The translations under genes and the position numbers were made by a program. Under the pieces are notes generated by a model that saw only the letters and a list, made by a program, of their open reading frames with translations, was not told the origin of the DNA and did no database searches. Below are positions 54,811 through 64,000 of a stretch of 64,000 bases of DNA, one piece after another. This DNA is from Eledone cirrhosa (Eukaryota): assembly GCA_964016885.1 (NCBI GenBank), contig OZ024764.1, forward strand, positions 2,356,001 through 2,420,000, written 5' to 3'. Position 1 is the stretch's first letter, and every line of letters begins with the position of its first letter.

Positions 54811-55860
54811 ATTTGCTGGCCACTGCCATCGTGCCACCTCTGAGGCTGTGTCCCCATTAGGGCTTTAGAAACCACAAGCAGTCACTAATAACAGGGGGCA
54901 CAAGCTCTCCTATCCCAATTTGCTGGCCACTGCCATCATGCCACCTCTGAGGCTGTGTCCCCATTAGTGCTATAGAAACCACAAGCAGTCACTAATAACA
55001 GGGGGCACAAGCTCTCCTATCCCAATTTGCTGGCAACTGCCATCGTGCCACCTCTGAGGCTGTGTCCCCATTAGGGCTTTAGAAACCACAGTCACTAATA
55101 ACAGGGGGCACAAGCTCTCCTATCCCAATTTGCTGACCACTGCCATCGTGCCACCTCTGAGGCTGTGTCCCCATTAATGCTTTGGAAACCACAAGCAGTC
55201 ACTAATAACAGGGGGCACAAGCTCTCCTATCCCAATTTGCTGGCCCCTGCCATCGTGCCACCTCTGAGGCTGTGTCCCCATTAATGCTTTGGAAACCACA
55301 AACAGTCACTAATAAAAGGAGCCACAAGCTCTCCTATCCCAATTTGCTGGCCACTGCCATCGTGCCACCTCTGAGGCTGTGTCCCCATTAGGGCTTTAGA
55401 AACCACAAGCTCTCCTATCCCAATTTGCTGGCCACTGCCATCATGCCACCTCTGAGGCTGTGTCCCCATTAGTGCTATAGAAACCACAAGCAGTCACTAA
55501 TAACAGGGGCCACAAGCTCTCCTATCCCAATTTGCTGGCCACTGCCATCGTGCCACCTCTGAGGCTGTGTCCCCATTAATGCTTAAGAAACCACAAGCAG
55601 TCACTAATAACAGGGGGCACAAGCTCTCCTATCCCAATTTGCTGGGCACTGCCATCATGCCACCTCTGAGGCTGTGTCCCCATTAATGCTTTGGAAAACA
55701 CAAACAGTCACTAATAACAGGGGCCACAAGCTCTCCTATCCCATTGTCATCTCCAGAGATTCTGGTATTGAAATCCAGGACTTGGCAACGGCAATGAACG
55801 ACAGACCCACGTGGAGATCAATTGTTGAGTCCATTTCAGCTGTAGCTGCCAGATGATGAT
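54811..55860 (+). repeat. 107-bp tandem repeat (about 9 copies) derived from an RTE-like LINE C-terminus
   Basis: Period 54811 to 54918; the unit reads FAGHCHR...; the last unit runs into ISRDSG...AMNDRPTWRSIV. Confidence 0.85.
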
Positions 55861-56004
55861 ATTGGAGTGTAATGTTTAGCTACAGATGGTTCACCAGTTT
55901 GAACACGCAATACTAATATGTAGGTCCAACTAGCAATGTGGTAGTTTATGCTTTTAAAGAATGTCTTTCATGTGGTTTTATGTGGTACATGACATTAAGA
56001 ATTA

Positions 56005-57111
<1,107 letters not shown>

Positions 57112-57921
57112 TCAGGTATATAACAACAACAACAACAACTAGAACTAGAACTACCGTAACAAGCAGCTATCTATCTATCTAATATATGTCAGACGCCATG
57201 CTTTGCAGCATAGAGTTACGGCCCTTTACGATCTGAGTTCAAATCCTGCCAAGGTTAACTTTGCCTTTCATCCTTACGGGGTCGATAAAATAAAGTACCA
57301 GTCACGCACTGGGGTCGATTTAATTGACTTTCCCCTCCCCCCAACAAGCAGCTATCTATCTATCTAATATATGTCAGACGCCATGCTTTGCAGCATAGAG
57401 TTACGGCCCTTTACGATCTGAGTTCAAATCCCGCCAAGGTTAACTTTGCCTTTCATCCTTACGGGGTCTATAAAATAAAGTACCAGTCACGCACTGGGGT
57501 CGATTTAATTGACTTTCCCCTCCCCCCCAAAATTGCTGGCCTTGTGCCTATAAAAAAAAACAATATATACTGTTCTTGTGTTTTTGTACGACGCGCAAAG
57601 GGATGTAACTCGTCTATGTTTCGGTATCTAAATATAAATACGTACATATACATTATACAAAATACTTGCTAAATGTATAGTTGTTTTCTCAACTTGTCTG
57701 AATTTATATTATATTTATTTCTAGCAGTTCAATTAACCATGTAAAGGATTCTTCATAGTTCATGAATGTCCAGCTATATAATATATATATATATATAGTA
57801 ATAATAATAAATTTGAAGACTAAAATCCAAAGCGATTCTTTGCTTAAACATTAATCTGTTATTTTAATAAATATATATATATATATATATGGGTATGTCT
57901 CTATTTATAAAACAAACTTTG

Positions 57922-57982
57922 TATTTTATCTGAAGAAAGCGTACCAAAGTGTTTTGGTATCTTTGAAATATATATAATAAAA
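57922..57982 (+). ncRNA. Type I hammerhead motif, family A variant, antisense to PRPF8
   Basis: TATTTTAT-CTGAAGA-aag-c-GTACCAAA-gtgt-TTTGGTAT-c-ttt-GAAA-tatata-TA-ATAAAA. Confidence 0.75.
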
Positions 57983-58357
57983 AAAAAAATGGTTTTATAA
58001 ATATAGTTTCCATTTATTTAATACCATTGTGTGTGTATATATATATATCATCATCATCATTTCATTTTACATCCGCTTTTCCCTGCTTGCAAGGGTGGGA
58101 CGGGAACTGATTCTGGCTTGATTTCTACAGCTGGATGCCCTTCCTAACACCAACCTCATTTACAGTGAGTGCTGGGTGCTTTTTTGCCGTGGCACCTCCA
58201 CGACCACTTTGCAGTGGAATGATAGGGACCCCAGTCCCTATCTCATTTCTACAGCTGAGTAATCTGTGAAATAAAGTGTCTTGCTCAAGGAAACAACACA
58301 TCACCCAGTCTGAGAATTGAACTCACAACCTTTCGATTGCAAGGCCAATGCTCTAAC

Positions 58358-58395
<38 letters not shown>

Positions 58396-58768
58396 GCTTA
58401 ACGTGTGAGGTGGAACTTGTTAAGTCAGCCCAAGGAAACAATGTTTCCATTAGTCTTTCTAATTGCTAATACTATCTGTTGGCCGGTTGCAAATTCAGGC
58501 AGAAGGAGCAACATGAAATAAAGTGTCTTGCTCAAGGACATAACGCATCACCTGGTCTGGGTATTGAAATCACAACCTCCCAATTGTGAACCAAATTCTC
58601 TAACCACTCAGCCATACACCTTCACACATATATATATATTATATATATGTAATTCACTTCTAGAACTTAACATTATATTACTTCCTAAAAACGGAGTATA
58701 TATATAAAAATGAAGATGTTAGGGTCCTTAAGTAATTAAGCCGTTATATATATTTTAATGACGATATA

Positions 58769-59661
58769 CAGGGTGTGGACGATATTTGTTTGCAATTTTC
58801 AACTGTTAATTTTATGCAAATTTTTTTTACTTCCGTTGTCACTCTTGTCTTCATAAAAACAGTGACTATATTTCCATTATTTATTTTCAGAATAATTGAT
58901 TATGAATAATTTTGAACCTCCAAATTTGTGGAAGAGACACGGAGTTCTTCTTGGAATCCGCGCCGGGAGGACAAATAAGGACCAGAAGATCAACTCCCAG
59001 AACAACAGGTAGCTCGCTGTCTCATCCAAAGACGTGCCCAGAGTCATGCAGACAAAGTTTCCAGCGACAACATTCGTCTTAGGTGTCGTCATCAGTCAAG
59101 GTGACGTCATGCCACCTCACTTCTTCCCTGAGGACCTCAAGCTGAACACCGATGGCTACATCCGTGTTCTGAGCGAGGTAGTAAAGCCCTGGATTGACCA
59201 GGTAGCTGCAGGTAGGCCGTACGTGTGGCAGCAAGACTCAGCGCCCTGCCATACCAGCCGAAAGACCCAAGCCTGGCTGTCAGAGAACTTCGTCGACCAC
59301 ACTTCACTTGACATCTGGCCTCCCAGCTCGCCTGACTGCAACCCCCTCGATTTCTTTGTGTGGGGCGCAGTGGAACGAGACACCAACAGATCTAGCTGCA
59401 ATACGAAAGACGATCTGAAGGCCAGGATCACAAGTGCCTTTAGGGGCCTAAGTCGGAGGACAGTGACGAAGACCTGTAGCCGGTTCCGAGGTTGCCTTGA
59501 GGCCATCATCAAAGCCAATGGCGGGTTTATCGAGTGAGATCGAAAGAACAAGTCATGAAGACAAACTGACCCAAGTTTGATAAATAAATCTTAAAAAATA
59601 AAACTACTGTCTTACTTTTTCCTAGACAGTAATCTTGCAAACAAATATCGTCCGTACCCTG
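58769..59661 (+). mobile_element. Internally deleted Tc1/mariner element, DD37D (maT) type
   Basis: TA|CAGGGTGTGGACGATATTTGTTTGCAA ... TTGCAAACAAATATCGTCCGTACCCTG|TA; ORF 59034..59537 has QQD followed by 37 residues then D (SPDCNPLD). Confidence 0.9.
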
Positions 59662-59933
59662 TATATCGTGATTTCTTCTGACAGTAAAAAGTAATTAAAA
59701 GGTAACATTTCCAAGGAAATTTTTGGTGAAAGGGAGTGGAATAATAAAATGTGTATGCTTTTGCTTTGAGTGTCCGCTCTCTTCTACCTTTCAGGACATC
59801 CCGACAGCCCTGCTTAGTCACAGGGTGTGGGTGGCTGACCACTACACTACAACCGAGACTACCACCAACCTTATTTGTTCTCTCTATCTATCAGTCCCCT
59901 ACTCCCTCCTCAGCCAGCAACTCTATATGGTTA

Positions 59934-60212
<279 letters not shown>

Positions 60213-61139
60213 TCACAGTAGAAATATATATACACAGAAATAGACACACACACACACACATAGCTCTGTATATATACACACATTCACACACATGTATATA
60301 TCTATATATAGGGAAAAGAAGTTGAAACAGCAATTGGAGTCTTGAAGAAGATTTATTAAGTCTTTAATGACCATATTTCTGTTTCAATTAATTAATTGTT
60401 TCTACTTTAGGCACAAGGGGCCAGCAATTACCCAGTGCATTACTGGTACTTTATTTTATCGACCCCCGTAAGGATGAAAGGCAAAGTCAACCTCAGCGGG
60501 ATTTGAACTCAGACCATAAAGGGACGTAACTATGCTGGAAAGCATGGCGTCCGACCCTCTACCGATACTGCCAATCCACCGCCTTGTTTCAATTAATTAA
60601 TGAAGAATTTTTAGCAATTCCCTAAAATTATTAATTCATTCATTACTAAGATTGTAACTTAATGTAAGGTTCTTATATAAATTATGTTGGAAGATTTTAG
60701 TTTAATTAGGAACACTGTATTGCAATTAATTAATAATAAATTTTTAAGGATTTACTACAAATATTAATTATTTCATTACCAAGGGCGGTAGATTGGCAGT
60801 ATCGGTAGAGGGTCGGACGCCATGTTTTACAGCATAGTTACGTCCCTTTACGGTCTGAGTTCAAATCCTGCCGAGGTTCACTTTGCCTTTCATCCTTACG
60901 TGGTCGATAAAATAAAGTACCAGTAATGTACTGTATAATTACTGGCCTTGTGCCAAAAGTAGAAACAATTAATTATTTCATTACCAAAATAGTAACTTAA
61001 CCTTTTAGTATTTAAACCAGTCATATCCGGCCAGAATTCTCTCATTTCTTTCTCTTCAAACCGGTCATAACTTGCAACTCATACTTATGCTGAGGTATTG
61101 TTCTCAAAATAAATAACATCAGAATCTCATAGATTCAAT

Positions 61140-61620
61140 GTTATGTGGGGTAAATTCTTTACCATAAAAATACAATAGTATATATAGAGTAATGTAAATG
61201 TTATGTGAGATATTATGTGAGGTAAAGCCTTTACTGTGACAATACAATAGTATATATAGAGTAATGTAAATGTTATGTGAGATATTATGTGAGGTAAAGC
61301 CTTTGCTGTGAAAATACAATAGTATATATAGAGTAATGTAAATGTTATGTGAGATATTATGTGAGGTAAAGCCTTTACTGTGAAAATACAATAGTATATA
61401 TAGAGTAATGTAAATGTTATGTGAGATATTATGTGAGGTAAAGCCTTTACTGTGACAATACAATAGTATATATAGAGTAATGTAGATGTTATGTGAGATA
61501 TTATGTGAGGTAAAGCCTTTACTGTGAAAATACAATAGTATATATAGAGTAATGTAAATGTTATGTGAGGTAAAGCCTTTACTGTGAAAATACAATAGTA
61601 TATATAGAGTAATGTAAATA
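61140..61620. repeat. 72-bp minisatellite, about 6.5 copies
   Basis: TACAATAGTATATATAGAGT recurs at 61171, 61243 and 61315. Confidence 0.95.
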
Positions 61621-62124
61621 CTAAAGAGTTAAACGCTGTATTACAATTAACTGGATTTTCAGGGATTTACTAAAATTATTAATTATTTCATTACTAAAAC
61701 AGTAACTTAACATATGGTACTTATATAAAATTATGTTGGAAGATTTTAATATAAATAGGATCCCTTTAAAATATTTCAATTAATTAATGAGGAATTTTGA
61801 GAGATTTACTAAAATTATTAATTATTTCATTACTAAGACTTAACATATGGGTCTTATATAAAATTATGTTGGAAAATTTTAATTGAAATTGGAAACCTTT
61901 AAAATGGGTGATTTGATTTCATAGAACCAGAGATGGTTTTGGCAATTAAAAGGTTAATAATAACTTTACCAGTTTCACATTAAACTTAATTTTTGAATAA
62001 ATCATCCAAATGTGAAACTGGTAAAGATATTATTAATAGATCTTCTTAAAGACTCCAACATTTTCAACTTCGTTTTCCTATATTTTTACCTGTGTGGTAT
62101 ATAAAACACCTTACTTTCTTTTAT

Positions 62125-62165
<41 letters not shown>

Positions 62166-62365
62166 TATTTACATAAATATATATACATACATACATATAT
62201 AAATATATATATACATACATATACACACACATATATATATACATAAATATATACACACACACATACTGATACACACGTGTATATATACACAGACACACAC
62301 AAACACTCTCATATACGTAAAAGTAAAGACCAGACAATGTATATATGTGTTAGGGAGTTACCAAC

Positions 62366-62458
62366 CTGTTCTGGGCGTTTGCCTCTTGTCTTTTCAGGGC
62401 GTACTCTGCCCAGACTCTCTGGGAGTCAATAAATTCACTTTCCCATGGCATAATGTAT
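62366..62458 (-). CDS. PRPF8: Prp8 exon, most 5' exon in the window
   Basis: ag|(R)[30 protein letters not shown](R)|gt. Confidence 0.96.
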
Positions 62459-62524
62459 CTAGAAGAGAGAGAAAAACATACATAATATATACTCAGATAC
62501 ATATACAAACACGCACACACACAA

Positions 62525-63000
62525 AAGGTTTCTCTCTAAATATGAAAGGCAGACTGTATGATGCCTGCATACGAACAGCAATGTTACATGGCAGTGAGAC
62601 GTGGGCATTGTGTGCAGAGGATATACGCAGACTGGAGAGAAACGAAGCATGCATGCTCCGCTGGATGTGTAATTGTAATATACGTGAACGGCAAAGCATA
62701 AATGAACTAAGTGAGAAATTAGGAATAAGAGGGATCAGATGTTGTTTACTCGAGAGAAGACTAGGTTGGTATGGTCACGTGATGCACATGAAAGACGACA
62801 GCTGTATAAAAAAAGTGCAGGGCGATCAAAATTGGTGGAAGCTACGGAGTAGGCAGACCCAGAAAAACCTGAGACGACTTGATAAAATCCGACCTTACAC
62901 ACTTACACCTCTCCAAGACAATGTCACTGGACCGAGATCTTTGGCGCTATGCAGTAACACAGAAGACCCGCCTTGCCTAAGTACAAAGTTAACCTACAGT
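62525..63000 (+). mobile_element. RTE-type LINE 3' fragment
   Basis: KGRLYDACIRTAMLHGSETWAL...RRLGWYGHVMHM; frameshifted further downstream. Confidence 0.8.
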
Positions 63001-63471
63001 CAGTAGGCACCTCTTAACCAAATATACACCCCAATCCACTACCCCTACCCTATCCTCCCACTCCCACCAACCTCTCTCTATAAAGTTGGTACCACAACAT
63101 CCAGTCCTAATAAATGAGATAATGAGATCGAGATGGTGTAGGTGTCACAACACACAGTCCACACTGTAATGTGGCCGTGTATGTAACACGGTAAAAACCT
63201 CCCAGTCCACACTGTAAACGTGGTTGGTGTTAGGAAGGGCATCCAGCCATAGAAAACCTGCCAGATAGTCCTATATGAGCGAGACATGGTCACCTGACCA
63301 ACATTGCCTCAAGTGGGACAACTCCCATCTAACCCATGCTAGTGTGGAAGATGGACGTTAAACGATGATGATGATATGTTAAGTATTTCCATGGAAAAGG
63401 TAAAGGAAAGAAGAGTGCTCTATGTATAGTACAGAGCTATTTAATTATATAATAAGCAACACAATATATTT

Positions 63472-63544
63472 ATTCCATTACCAAAGGTTTCACAAAGTTA
63501 GACGATTCTAACAGAAAATTCTGATATCTCTCATCAGAAGGAAT
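63472..63544 (-). ncRNA. Hammerhead motif, family B with a branched stem II domain, sense to PRPF8
   Basis: Minus strand: ATTCCTT-CTGATGA-[gagatat CAGAA-tt-TTCTG/GTTAGA-atcg-TCTAAC tttgt]-GAAA-CC-ttt-GG-TA-ATGGAAT. Confidence 0.6.
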
Positions 63545-63856
63545 CTTATATATATATATCATCATCATTTTACGTCCACTTTTCCCTGCTTGCAAGGGTG
63601 GGACGGGAACTGATTCTGGCTTGATTTCTACAGCTGGATGCCCTTCCTAACACCAACCTTATTTACAGTGAGTGCTGGGTGCTTTTTTGCCGTGGCACCT
63701 CCACAACCACTTTGCAGTGGAATGATAGGGACCCCAGTCCCTATCATCTCATTTCTACAGCTGAGTAAACTGGAGCAATGTGAAATAAAGTGTCTTGCTC
63801 AAGGAAGCAACACATCACCCAGTCTGAGATGTGTTGTTTCCTTGAGCAAGTGTGTA

Positions 63857-63900
<44 letters not shown>

Positions 63901-63907
63901 AATAAAG

Positions 63908-63980
63908 ATACCTTCTGATGAGTGATATCAGACTTTTCTGTTAGAATCGTCTAACTTTGTGAAACCTTTGGTAATGGAAT
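63908..63980 (+). ncRNA. Hammerhead motif, family B, inverted partner of 63472-63544
   Basis: ATACCTT-CTGATGA...GAAA-cctttgg-TA-ATGGAAT. Confidence 0.55.
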
Positions 63981-64000
63981 AATTATATTGTGTTGTTTAT

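Overview
Repeat-dense, AT-rich animal genomic DNA; the SINE families and (TA)n/(CA)n density suggest a cephalopod such as an octopod, which is inference only. The only protein gene I can support is the 3' part of PRPF8 (Prp8) on the minus strand: 13 GT-AG exons from 62458 to the stop at 40647, about 965 codons, with the 5' part outside the window. The rest is a 53-bp satellite (1-4307), many micro- and minisatellites, tRNA-derived SINEs, LINE fragments (RTE, CR1, L1/Tx1-like, CRE-like), a non-autonomous Helitron, a Merlin transposon and a DD37D (maT-type) Tc1/mariner element. The main unannotated signal is about 20 type I hammerhead-ribozyme-like motifs (stem I-CUGANGA-stem II-GAAA-stem III-UH-stem I') in at least 5 sequence families. 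They vary at N7, keep stem II paired despite sequence change, often sit in long inverted repeats typical of Penelope-like retroelements, and two lie sense within PRPF8 introns. All folds were read by eye, and repeat boundaries are approximate unless a TIR or TSD is given.
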